Shown: piece after piece, positions 8,186-16,948 of the stretch
Numbering within the stretch: position 1 is the stretch's first letter
Layout: each line of letters begins with the position of its first letter
Origin: an uncultured Bdellovibrionales bacterium
GTDB taxonomy: Bacteria > Bdellovibrionota_C > UBA2361 > CAIXSY01
Assembly: GCA_964510065.1 (NCBI GenBank)
Contig: CAZEAC010000020.1
Coordinates: 2,799-66,798, forward strand
Reading direction: 5' to 3'
Length of the DNA stretch: 64,000 nt
Notes under the pieces: generated by a model
What the model saw: only the letters and a program-made list of their open reading frames with translations
Told to the model about the DNA's origin: nothing
Databases searched by the model: none
Made by a program: the position numbers and the translations under genes

Positions 8186-9697
8186 ATGGCACAGGCATTG
8201 CGACGACAAAATCAAGAGGCAGCATTCGACGTGGTAGGGCGATACAATCAGGATCAAATAAACGGCTTTGACCCTTCGCTTATAGAGCGGATGTTGGAAA
8301 TTATTGCGCCATTTGACGGGGCGCGAATAATTGAGCTTATGGGAGGAGATGGAAATCTCACGTCGCGGCTGATGCGCTACTGCACTCTTCATCAAATTTT
8401 CCCACAAGAAGTTAAGATGCTCGAGTATTCCCGAGTACAGAGCGAATTTGCCGCGATGGAGCTTGCAGAAAGTATTGCCGAAGTAATTTGGGGCGACGTG
8501 CTGACGATGCACTCTCTCGATTCAAATGTTCGCGTGCCCGAGAAAAACTATGATCGAGTTTTTATTAAAAGTTCAAATCACGAAATTCCACTAAGCAAGC
8601 AACCCACGTTATATAAGAATGCTTTCGAGCTTTTACGGCCGGGCGGTACCTTTATCAATTTGGGCATGCTCTTTGAGAACAACGAAGAGCGCGACGAACT
8701 CGGCGCGATTGGAAGAGCGAAGGACTCCCTGGCAGGAATGAATGACGCGGTAAAAAATAGACATTGGCTTACTCGCGAGGAGCTCTACGGGTTTCTTTCC
8801 AGCGCTGGATTTGTCGATATTAGATCGAGTGCCGAGTTCGATTATTCAATCGCCTCACGTATCGTGTCGCACAACTACTTTGAGGGCAAAAAGCGCGATC
8901 AGTTTGATCTGGAATTTCAAGCCGCGCAGGTTCGCGCCCGCACTATGCGTCGAAACGGCAGAATTACTTTCGATAATGATTCGTCGCTGATGCGCTGTCC
9001 TGGAGAAATTACGACCGCAAGACGTCAGACAGTTGCCGAGGTAAATTCTCGCCTGTTCAATCAGTACCCTTATGATTTCGTAAGAAAAATTGCCGCACAT
9101 CGCGAACTTATTGATCAAGTCGAGCAAGCAATCCCCGCCGCAGCATCAGTACTCGATCTGGGCTGCGGAATCGGTCTTCTCGCCGAACGGCTAGTTGGCA
9201 GAATACAACGCTACGAGGGGATCGATCTCTCGAGAGACTTTGTGCAAATCTGTCAAAAAAGATTGCAAAATTCTGGCTTCTCTTTCTCCGAGGGCGACAT
9301 TAACACGCTTCGATTGAAGCAAAATTCTTATGATGTAATTACATTGTTAAATGTAATTTACATTGAAGGAGTCGAGCCGCTGCATGCTTTAGAGCGAGCC
9401 TTCGATGCGCTTACTCCAGGAGGAAAGCTTTTTGTGAGCGGACCAACTCATGCACGAAGCTTTGCTGACGCCGAGAGCAAAATTCTCGAGCAGCTTCACA
9501 ATGATAGGCTTTTAGCCGGAAACGAGGCGATTCTTCAAGGAATCAAACAGGCCAACGCCTCGCTACTTACTGAGAGGGCCCATTATTGGAGCGCTGAAGG
9601 CATGTCGGCGTTGCTTCGAGAGATCGGGTTTACTGTAAAAGTAGTAAGTACTCATCACTATTACGGGAATGCCTATCTTATTATCGCGGAAAAGTAG
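8186..9697 (+). CDS. fusion of two class I SAM-dependent methyltransferase domains
   Basis: N-terminal half has IIELMGGDGNLTSRL...LLRPGGTFIN. C-terminal half has the canonical motif I VLDLGCGIGLLAERL...LTPGGKLFVSG. Confidence 0.75.
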   Translation: MAQALRRQNQEAAFDVVGRYNQDQINGFDPSLIERMLEIIAPFDGARIIELMGGDGNLTSRLMRYCTLHQIFPQEVKMLEYSRVQSEFAAMELAESIAEVIWGDVLTMHSLDSNVRVPEKNYDRVFIKSSNHEIPLSKQPTLYKNAFELLRPGGTFINLGMLFENNEERDELGAIGRAKDSLAGMNDAVKNRHWLTREELYGFLSSAGFVDIRSSAEFDYSIASRIVSHNYFEGKKRDQFDLEFQAAQVRARTMRRNGRITFDNDSSLMRCPGEITTARRQTVAEVNSRLFNQYPYDFVRKIAAHRELIDQVEQAIPAAASVLDLGCGIGLLAERLVGRIQRYEGIDLSRDFVQICQKRLQNSGFSFSEGDINTLRLKQNSYDVITLLNVIYIEGVEPLHALERAFDALTPGGKLFVSGPTHARSFADAESKILEQLHNDRLLAGNEAILQGIKQANASLLTERAHYWSAEGMSALLREIGFTVKVVSTHHYYGNAYLIIAEK

Positions 9698-9707
9698 CAG
9701 GAGCCTT

Positions 9708-11297
9708 ATGTTGTCAAGGCTTCATGCATGTTTGGTTCTTCCCCGCGGAGCGGAGCTGAAAAATAGCGGCCGGATACTGGACGCGCTGCATTTCTGGAGA
9801 GACCGCTCTGGTGTGGAGCTGGCAATTGAGCTTGTCGAGCAGGTAAGCGATGCACAATTGCCGCTCCACCGCGGGCCTAAGCAGACTATACTTTTTATCT
9901 GGCCAGAGGGCGATCCGCCCTCAGCGCGCGATAGAAGCAGTCTGCGCTTCATGGCGATGCAGCAGACTTGCCTCTTGGCTATGAAGGAAGCGAATATCGC
10001 GCCTTTTTGTCGCATCATGCGCGAATTCCATGGGCGTGTACTCGCTACTGATACCTTTTCCCCTGAAATGCTATCATCGGGTATAGAGCAGCTTAAAAAT
10101 TTGAGTCAGACAGGGTTTGCCGCAAGCTACCCCTTCTCGCTCACTGAGTTTGAAGGTCTTTTGAGCGAGAGGTTTAAGGCGGACCTGCGTGCCCCAGTCA
10201 AATTGATCGCAGACTCGGTTGACGCACTGGAGACATTTAAAGCCGAACCAAGTTATGAACGCTCTCTTCGCATTGTTCGCGACGCCACCGGCATGCTGCT
10301 CTATCGCATTATCGAAATGCTTGATAATTTCGAAAATGCGCACGGCGAAGTTAGATTGAATAGCAGGCCCTATTCAATACGTTGCCTACTTCAAAGCATC
10401 GAGGCAGTACTTACGCTTCGCGCGAGCATGAGTGAGACAGAGTTCCTCATGGTCATCGATGAAAAGGTCCCCTCAATGGTCTGCGGTGACCCCGAGCGAT
10501 TCGGTAGGGCACTCCTCGGGCTCATCGAACGCTGCCTTGTATTTTCGCCCCGTGGCGGAATACTCGTGCATATTGAGACGGAGAGCTCTCCTGAAAACGA
10601 AGTTCGATTGCTCGTCACGGCAGCCAATGCCGGCACCGGAACTCCTGACCACCGGGATTCCAAGTTGAAGAATTCAAACGACATGCAGAATTTCCTTACA
10701 CAAAATAAGGTCATGAATTGCGGGGATATCAAACCAATTTTCGAGTTGCTTCAGCTTCTCGGCGGGTCTATTTCGGTACGCAGCGAAGTGAACAAAGGCA
10801 GTGCAATTCGCCTATCGATTCCGATAAAGCTTGCGATGCCAGCCACCCAGCCTTCTGCACATATCGTGGATGACTCACCTAAGATTGCCGACAAGCCTCA
10901 TACCTTCCTCGTTGTGGACGACAACGAAGTTAACCGGCGCATTCTCGAGACAGTGCTGCGGCGAGATGGACACGAAGTGTTGAGCGCTGCGAATGGCGCC
11001 GAAGCAGTGGCGCTGTATGAGAATCACGATATTGCACTCATATTGATGGACTACGAGATGCCGATTCTTGATGGCCTCGGCGCAAGCAAGAAAATACGAG
11101 AGCTCGATCATGCAGCACAACGTTATACTCCTATCGTCTTAGTTACCACCTATCGCTGGGAAGAGATATGTACGGCCTGCCAGGATGCAGGAATTGATGG
11201 CTTCGTGCCGAAGCCAGTCAACTTCAATGTACTTCGCCAAGCTATTCACAGAGCGCTGCAATGCCGCGCCGAGGTTATCCCAGATTGCGCACACTAG
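9708..11297 (+). CDS. histidine-kinase-like protein with degenerate catalytic boxes fused to an intact receiver domain
   Basis: C-terminal REC is intact (FLVVDDNEVN...LILMDYEMPILDG...FVPKPV). The HATPase-like end is GGSISVRSEVNKGSAIRLSIP. No H-box His and no N-box Asn are visible. Start placed at ATG 9708 behind AGGAG; the track ORF starts at 9669 inside the upstream gene. Confidence 0.75.
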   Translation: MLSRLHACLVLPRGAELKNSGRILDALHFWRDRSGVELAIELVEQVSDAQLPLHRGPKQTILFIWPEGDPPSARDRSSLRFMAMQQTCLLAMKEANIAPFCRIMREFHGRVLATDTFSPEMLSSGIEQLKNLSQTGFAASYPFSLTEFEGLLSERFKADLRAPVKLIADSVDALETFKAEPSYERSLRIVRDATGMLLYRIIEMLDNFENAHGEVRLNSRPYSIRCLLQSIEAVLTLRASMSETEFLMVIDEKVPSMVCGDPERFGRALLGLIERCLVFSPRGGILVHIETESSPENEVRLLVTAANAGTGTPDHRDSKLKNSNDMQNFLTQNKVMNCGDIKPIFELLQLLGGSISVRSEVNKGSAIRLSIPIKLAMPATQPSAHIVDDSPKIADKPHTFLVVDDNEVNRRILETVLRRDGHEVLSAANGAEAVALYENHDIALILMDYEMPILDGLGASKKIRELDHAAQRYTPIVLVTTYRWEEICTACQDAGIDGFVPKPVNFNVLRQAIHRALQCRAEVIPDCAH

Positions 11298-11350
11298 TTT
11301 GTCTGTTCTCCTCCGGGCTCCTGCCCTCCGGAAAACTCGCTCCAAGCTAC

Positions 11351-11483
11351 GGAAGGGCCGAAAGCAGGCCCTTCCTTCGCGTCGCTCCATTCGCCTGCGC
11401 TTCGCTTCGGCGAATGCCCCGCCATCCGTGGCGGGGCTCGTACCTCGTTCAGAAAGGAAAAAACTTTCTGGACGAGGTACGAG
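11351..11483 (+). other. cluster of four consecutive stem-loops in an intra-operon spacer
   Basis: Four stems: GGAAGGGCC/GGCCCTTCC (11351-11375), CATTCGCC/GGCGAATG (11388-11416), GCCCCGCC/GGCGGGGC (11416-11437), and a 20-bp stem CTCGTACCTCGTTCAGAAAG/CTTTCTGGACGAGGTACGAG (11437-11483, one U-G pair). Confidence 0.5.
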
Positions 11484-11566
11484 AATGGATCTCTCGAATT
11501 GATTTCTGCGCGCCGCTTTGGTTAAACTCGATGCCATCTAAGACCCGGCTAACCGTCTCATAAAGC

Positions 11567-13657
11567 ATGGCAAGCGTTCTACAAAATGTCTCAAATGCAG
11601 CGGTATGGGGTTCTCTCTTAGGCTCGCTTATTTTAGGCACATTCTTGGCTATTCAGGCTGCGTTACACCGCGATAGGAGAACGCCCTTTGCAGTTTTCGC
11701 GGTGGCTTGCCTGGCGATCGCCATGCTGGATTTTTTTCACGCACAATTTAGCTATTTTACCTACGAAAAGCTTCGCATCGCCGCCTGGACAATGTATTCG
11801 GCGACGCTGCTGTGGCTCTTTAGGCATTCGCTGCGGAGCATTATTGCCGTTTCCATTTTACTTCCGGCGAGTGCCATTTTTACTTGGTTGGCGATCGATC
11901 CCGCACTAGCGACAAGCTGCGTCGTTCCAGTTGCGTTCTATGTAAGTGCCCTCGTTCACGCGCAAACGTACCGCGCGACGCGTGGATTCGGGTCCTGTGT
12001 TCTTGCCGTGTATTCTTTCGCATTGGGAATGCTCTGTACAACCTACTATCTGTTCCTGAAGAGCGGCGATCCCGATACAATCGGCTTAGGGTATATTCAC
12101 TACGCTTTACTGTCCTGTACGGCAGTCGTCTTCGGGTGGATTCATGTCTCCCGAGAGCTTCGAGGAAGACTTCCCGTGCAAGTGTCAGTTGCGCACGCCA
12201 GTATTTTCGGCGCCGTCATACTGCTGGGTGAGGTCGGTATACTTTTAAGTGTGCTTGTCTTTCCGCACTGGCCACCGATTTCTTACATGGCGCTATCGCT
12301 GATGCAGCTCGGTGGCGTTTCAGGGCTCTTCTTCTACTACCGCCATCAACTTGTGATCTATACTGACAACGTCACACAGCTTCTCGAAGAACGTACGCTA
12401 TCTCTCCGTGAGGCGCAGAAAACTCTCGCGCAAATCAACAGCCAGCAGGCTGAAGAGCTTGCGCGCCAGGCGCTCGACATCCAAACAAAAGCCGCAACGA
12501 TTGATCGCCAGCGCCGCTTAGAACTCGCGGCTCAAACTGCTGGCCAGGCCGCGCATGATATTCAAAACTTGGTCGCACCGATGTTGACCTATCTTGGACA
12601 GCTCGAACGCGGCGAAGTTGATAAGGAGAATGTTACCGGCGTTGCCGGCCTTGTCCGCCGCCAAGCTGATGAGCTTCTCGACCTTAACAGCCAACTTTTG
12701 GCGCTTGCTCGACGCGGTCGCCGAGAGCACCACAGTCTAGAGCTTCACGAATTACTTACTGATATTACCAAGCGGTTTCCTACCACTCGCGTGCGCTTCA
12801 ACGGCGAACAAGGAGTGTGGGTAAAAGGGGCGTGGTCACAGATATCGCGCGCCGTAAGTAACTTACTCTCGAACGCCGTTGATGCCACAGAGGAATTGCC
12901 GCTTTCGCGGCAGATGATTTCGATAAAGCTTTCCTCGATTACCTTTGATTCCGTGCGTCGCTGTCATCTTGGATTTCTTGCTCCTGGTAGCTACGCAGCG
13001 ATTGAAGTAACCGACCAGGGGAAAGGCATTCCGGCCGCAAGTATCGAACATATCTTTGAGCCTTTTTTCTCTTCTAAGTCGGGGAAGGGTCGATCAGGTT
13101 CGGGACTTGGGTTGAGCATCGTATCAGCTGTAGTCGACGATCATAGTGGCATAATCGATCTGCAGACTGATCATCATGGCACTCGCTTTACTCTCTTCTT
13201 TCCGACAGTTTCTGCCGAACCGCAGGTGATTGCCCTTGACAAGATTCGGGGCAGCGCTCGAATTCTCCTTATCGATGATGACGAGGCGATTCTCGATCAA
13301 TATTCCGAGTTCCTTGAACAGGCCGGGCATTTCGTTACCAGTGCCACATCAGGAGACGAAGGGCTTCGCGCATTGCAACTCGAGCAGTTCGACCTCTTGC
13401 TACTTGACCTCAACATGCCCAGTCGAAACGGCTACGAGACTCTTTTCGCGGCAATTCAGCTGCGCCCTGGAATTAAAGCAATCATTCATTCAAGCTTCGT
13501 TACGGAAGACGATCGAGTTCGACTCGGGCAGCTTGGCGTTGACTTTTTTCTCCAGAAACCCGCAAGTCGAGGCGAAGTGCTTAAGGTTATTCGCCAAGTG
13601 ACCGAGGCAGCAAACGACGAGCAGACTCTAGGACGCGATCGCGTGGTGAATAGATGA
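11567..13657 (+). CDS. multi-TM sensor histidine kinase / response regulator hybrid
   Basis: About 7 hydrophobic segments at the N-terminus, then a coiled coil. H-box AAHDIQNLVAP, N-box NLLSNAVDA, G2 GSGLGLSIV. C-terminal REC (ILLIDDDEA...LLLDLNMPSRNG). Confidence 0.88.
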   Translation: MASVLQNVSNAAVWGSLLGSLILGTFLAIQAALHRDRRTPFAVFAVACLAIAMLDFFHAQFSYFTYEKLRIAAWTMYSATLLWLFRHSLRSIIAVSILLPASAIFTWLAIDPALATSCVVPVAFYVSALVHAQTYRATRGFGSCVLAVYSFALGMLCTTYYLFLKSGDPDTIGLGYIHYALLSCTAVVFGWIHVSRELRGRLPVQVSVAHASIFGAVILLGEVGILLSVLVFPHWPPISYMALSLMQLGGVSGLFFYYRHQLVIYTDNVTQLLEERTLSLREAQKTLAQINSQQAEELARQALDIQTKAATIDRQRRLELAAQTAGQAAHDIQNLVAPMLTYLGQLERGEVDKENVTGVAGLVRRQADELLDLNSQLLALARRGRREHHSLELHELLTDITKRFPTTRVRFNGEQGVWVKGAWSQISRAVSNLLSNAVDATEELPLSRQMISIKLSSITFDSVRRCHLGFLAPGSYAAIEVTDQGKGIPAASIEHIFEPFFSSKSGKGRSGSGLGLSIVSAVVDDHSGIIDLQTDHHGTRFTLFFPTVSAEPQVIALDKIRGSARILLIDDDEAILDQYSEFLEQAGHFVTSATSGDEGLRALQLEQFDLLLLDLNMPSRNGYETLFAAIQLRPGIKAIIHSSFVTEDDRVRLGQLGVDFFLQKPASRGEVLKVIRQVTEAANDEQTLGRDRVVNR

Positions 13658-14844
13658 AGCTTCGACTCCATTATGCATTTGGTATATTTTTGTGGGCTCA
13701 ATATGCCTTCGCCGCGCCGCCTACGGTGAGCGGAAACGCGGGTTTCGAACACCGCATATTCCCCTCCGATTCAACCACCGATAACTCCGCCCATAACAAC
13801 GACTCAATTTATTTCGAGCCGAGTTTCATTATCGACGAAGCCAATTCGTTTCGTTTTGAGGCGGTGCCATTCTATCGCCTGGATCAACACGATTCAAAAC
13901 GAAGCCATTTCGATCTTCGCGAGTTCTATCTCGCGCTCTCACGCGAGGATGTTGAGTTAAAATTCGGTCTCGCGCGCGTCGATTGGGGAGTTGCCTCATC
14001 GTACCATGTCATTAATGTGATTAATCAGACCGATCTTATCGAGCATCCAGTGTATCAGAGGAAGCTCGGTCAACCGATGCTCAATCTCAATTACAAACTA
14101 GATAGTGATCGACTCGAGATGTTTCTGCTTCCGGGTTTTCGCGAGAGAACCTTCGCCGGGTCTCGCGCACGGCTGCGACTTACACCAAGGGTCGATACTG
14201 ATCAAGCCCGTTACGAATCTGGGGCTGAAAATCGTCATGTTGATTGGGCCGCTCGATACGCGCTGAAACGAGAGGATTTAAACGCAGGCCTATATTACTT
14301 TTCGGGAACGAGCCGCGATCCGACGCCACTGCTTGGAACGGCACGATACGGAGAGCAGGTCATAGTCCCCTACTATCCCACTGTGCGTCAGGTTGGGCTC
14401 GACGCAAAATATGGCCTCGGAAACCTCTCTCCGAAAATTGAATGGATTTATCGTCGTGGCCAAGGCCCTTCGTTTCAGGCCATGATTGGCGGCTTCGAGT
14501 ACTCTATAAAGAATATCGCCGGGAGCAGCGCGGATCTGCTGTTGATTGGCGAGTATCATTACGGCGATCGCGGAAGTTTGGTGACGAGCCCGTTCGATAA
14601 TGATTGGTTCGCGGGTTTTATCTTGTCCTGTAATGATAGCGCTGCAACACAATTAGTCGCAGGCGACGTTTTCGACACCAAGAGCGATTCTTCGACGCCT
14701 CTCATTGGCTTCTATCGCGATTTAGGAAAAGGATTTCGAATCGAAATCGAATATCGTGGACTGGTCGCCACCGCGGAAACACATCCTCTCGGAAGCCTTC
14801 GTCATGATGATTTTCTACAGGCACAACTTACTTTCAAATTCTAG
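13654..14844 (+). CDS. outer-membrane beta-barrel protein (AlgE/DUF1302-like, tentative)
   Basis: Signal peptide (FLWAQYAFAAPP). Alternating amphipathic strands. LREFYLALS...LKFGLARVDWG resembles alginate-export/DUF1302 barrels. C-terminal ...LTFKF ends in Phe. The ATG overlaps the kinase stop (ATGA). Confidence 0.6.
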   Translation: MKLRLHYAFGIFLWAQYAFAAPPTVSGNAGFEHRIFPSDSTTDNSAHNNDSIYFEPSFIIDEANSFRFEAVPFYRLDQHDSKRSHFDLREFYLALSREDVELKFGLARVDWGVASSYHVINVINQTDLIEHPVYQRKLGQPMLNLNYKLDSDRLEMFLLPGFRERTFAGSRARLRLTPRVDTDQARYESGAENRHVDWAARYALKREDLNAGLYYFSGTSRDPTPLLGTARYGEQVIVPYYPTVRQVGLDAKYGLGNLSPKIEWIYRRGQGPSFQAMIGGFEYSIKNIAGSSADLLLIGEYHYGDRGSLVTSPFDNDWFAGFILSCNDSAATQLVAGDVFDTKSDSSTPLIGFYRDLGKGFRIEIEYRGLVATAETHPLGSLRHDDFLQAQLTFKF

Positions 14845-14862
14845 CAATCACTGGAAACACCC

Positions 14863-14957
14863 TCCTTCCCTAACTTAGCGCTCTCCGTGCCTCTGCGGTT
14901 TTTTGAAAGTATAATAAACCACAGAGGCACAGAGATGGAGCTAATTAAAGGGAAGGA
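14863..14957. repeat. palindromic REP/MITE-like repeat, copy 1
   Basis: Core arms are CTCCGTGCCTCTGCGGTTT (14883-14901) and AAACCACAGAGGCACAGAG (14916-14934). Outer arms are TCCTTCCCTAACTTAGC and GCTAATTAAAGGGAAGGA. The repeat fills the gap between convergent genes. Confidence 0.75.
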
Positions 14958-14959
14958 CT

Positions 14960-16081
14960 CTAGCTTGGTGCCGAAATCACACCCAATCTCCTAAGATATC
15001 GCGCCGGAACTTTGGAGCGATCTTTATACACAGTCCAACCGCAGGGTTTCTCGGGATCCGGATCAAACTCGGTGACCCAGGCAATACTGCCGAGCCTCTT
15101 AAGCGAAGTGAGCTCATTGCACGCACAATGCGTGCAATACGAAGGAACTTGTTTGGCAAGGTTCCAAGTTGTCGGCGTCGCTTCGGCGAGAATCGCGAGT
15201 CCATCAACGCTACGCTGGCGCATCGCACCGCCAGTACCGCATGGGGCGAAAATCAGACGGTAGCATTCGGGCTCTTCGACTATTCGGACAGCTCCCTCGC
15301 GGTTTGGCCCCGAAAAGTGGGTGCGCAAATGTTCCGCCAACATTGCCGCCAACGCCGCCGAATCAAGAACTCTCACCGCATCCCACATCGCGCCAAGCAG
15401 CGCGCAGCTTTCAAGTCCTTCCTGCATAATCTCAACTGCGGTGTCTTGCCCTACACGCTCAGCCACGCGGCTGGTGTAGATCGAAACATATTCCGCGCAA
15501 AGATCATGGCGTTCGCGAATCTCCTGGACATACTCCTCAAAAGTTGCTGCCGCCGCACGACATTCCGCTTCACGAAGCTGGGTTTCCAAAGCCACGAAGA
15601 GAAGGCTGGGTCTATGCAAAAGCTGTGTAGCTGCAGTTTCAGATCCTAACTTTGCATTTTCACGGAATGCAGCGATAGCACTCGACGTAAGCACGGCGGG
15701 TGCCAGTAACGAACTGAGAATTTCGGCGGCTTCGGCGGCGTGCCGCGAACAGCCACCTACCCACTGCTTATACGCACGCTCAGAAACTTCTCGTTCCACA
15801 GCCTCTCCGCAGCTCTCGGCAAAGACATGTGGAAGCGCATAGCTCCACTCAAGAAAGGTTGAAACTACGGCGCCATTAAGCGTGTGAAGTATACTTCCAA
15901 GCGCCGATGCTTGGCTCGTGTCGGATTGCGAGAAGAGTTGGCGCATCCGCGCGACGTCGGACACGCCATCTGCAACTGCCCGACCCATACGCAACGGACG
16001 GCCAAATGCCTCAGCGTGTTCGACTCTATCTTCGCCCGAAAAATAATGCACACTCGTGGTCATAATTACCTGCTTATACAT
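14960..16081 (-). CDS. hypothetical protein with C-terminal Cys cluster
   Basis: 373-aa Ala-rich helical ORF. The C-terminus carries APCGTGG...YCTHCACNE...KPCGW, a possible metal site. No family recognised. Confidence 0.55.
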   Translation of the reverse strand: MYKQVIMTTSVHYFSGEDRVEHAEAFGRPLRMGRAVADGVSDVARMRQLFSQSDTSQASALGSILHTLNGAVVSTFLEWSYALPHVFAESCGEAVEREVSERAYKQWVGGCSRHAAEAAEILSSLLAPAVLTSSAIAAFRENAKLGSETAATQLLHRPSLLFVALETQLREAECRAAAATFEEYVQEIRERHDLCAEYVSIYTSRVAERVGQDTAVEIMQEGLESCALLGAMWDAVRVLDSAALAAMLAEHLRTHFSGPNREGAVRIVEEPECYRLIFAPCGTGGAMRQRSVDGLAILAEATPTTWNLAKQVPSYCTHCACNELTSLKRLGSIAWVTEFDPDPEKPCGWTVYKDRSKVPARYLRRLGVISAPS

Positions 16082-16228
16082 CTATCGTGTTGGCGATGGA
16101 ACTAGATTCCTTGGCTCTTGAAGTTGACACCAAAGGGATTGTATTTTCGAGCCACGGAATATAGTTAAAACCGCCTTCCTCCAATTGACCTCAACACCGC
16201 GCAGAGAGTATATCAATTCACAAATATT

Positions 16229-16948
16229 ATGTCGCTGCGACTTTGTTTGATTCTGAGCGTTTGGCTTACCATTTCTTTTGCAGCATCAGCATTTGCCTGC
16301 GAGTCGATTCATGGCCTAATTGATGTAAACTGCGATGGCAAATTCAAGATCGCCGTAGTCGGAGATAGCATTGGCCGGGGAAGTCGCGGCAATCTTCGCG
16401 CAGCCGGAAGTTTTGTGAAAAGGATCGCCAAGTCTCTTCGCTTCGCGACGATTAAGAATTTAAGCATTCCAGGCTTGGATACTTCGGAAGCAATTCGTTA
16501 CCTTACTCGAGAGTTTCCCAAAAACGACTACAAAGTTACAAAATCGCTATTGAACAAGGCGGATTTTGTGTTAGTGCAAGTTGGCATCAACGATTATTTC
16601 TCAAGCACTGATCCGCAAGTAACAATTGGAAAGTTAAAACGCATTGTCTCTATTATCTCCAACTATGGCGAATCACATGGTGGAGTTCCGCTGATTTCGA
16701 TAGCGCTGATTACGCCAGTTCGACCAATCACGGCAAACCGTGCAGCGCAGGCCGAATTTGTGCGTTCCCTAAATCAAGAATTAGTCGCACAAAATTCTCC
16801 CGAGCTACCGGCCGATGTCAAATTTAGTGAGATTTCAGAAACTGACGTGCTTGCTTCAGATGGAATTCATCCGGACACAAATGGCCACGCCCGTATGACC
16901 AAGATTTTGTTGCGCTACATTAACTCTACTTTTGAGGCCACGGAATGA
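16229..16948 (+). CDS. secreted SGNH/GDSL hydrolase
   Basis: Signal peptide. Block I is IAVVGDSIGRG and block V is DGIHPDTNGH. Confidence 0.8.
   Translation: MSLRLCLILSVWLTISFAASAFACESIHGLIDVNCDGKFKIAVVGDSIGRGSRGNLRAAGSFVKRIAKSLRFATIKNLSIPGLDTSEAIRYLTREFPKNDYKVTKSLLNKADFVLVQVGINDYFSSTDPQVTIGKLKRIVSIISNYGESHGGVPLISIALITPVRPITANRAAQAEFVRSLNQELVAQNSPELPADVKFSEISETDVLASDGIHPDTNGHARMTKILLRYINSTFEATE

Noticed and set aside
11139-11563. Three overlapping ORFs (132, 105 and 100 aa) across the HK-HK spacer.
   Set aside because: They are mutually exclusive frames on both strands, Arg/Ser/Pro-rich, and laid over four stable hairpins. An RNA or structural explanation is more likely.
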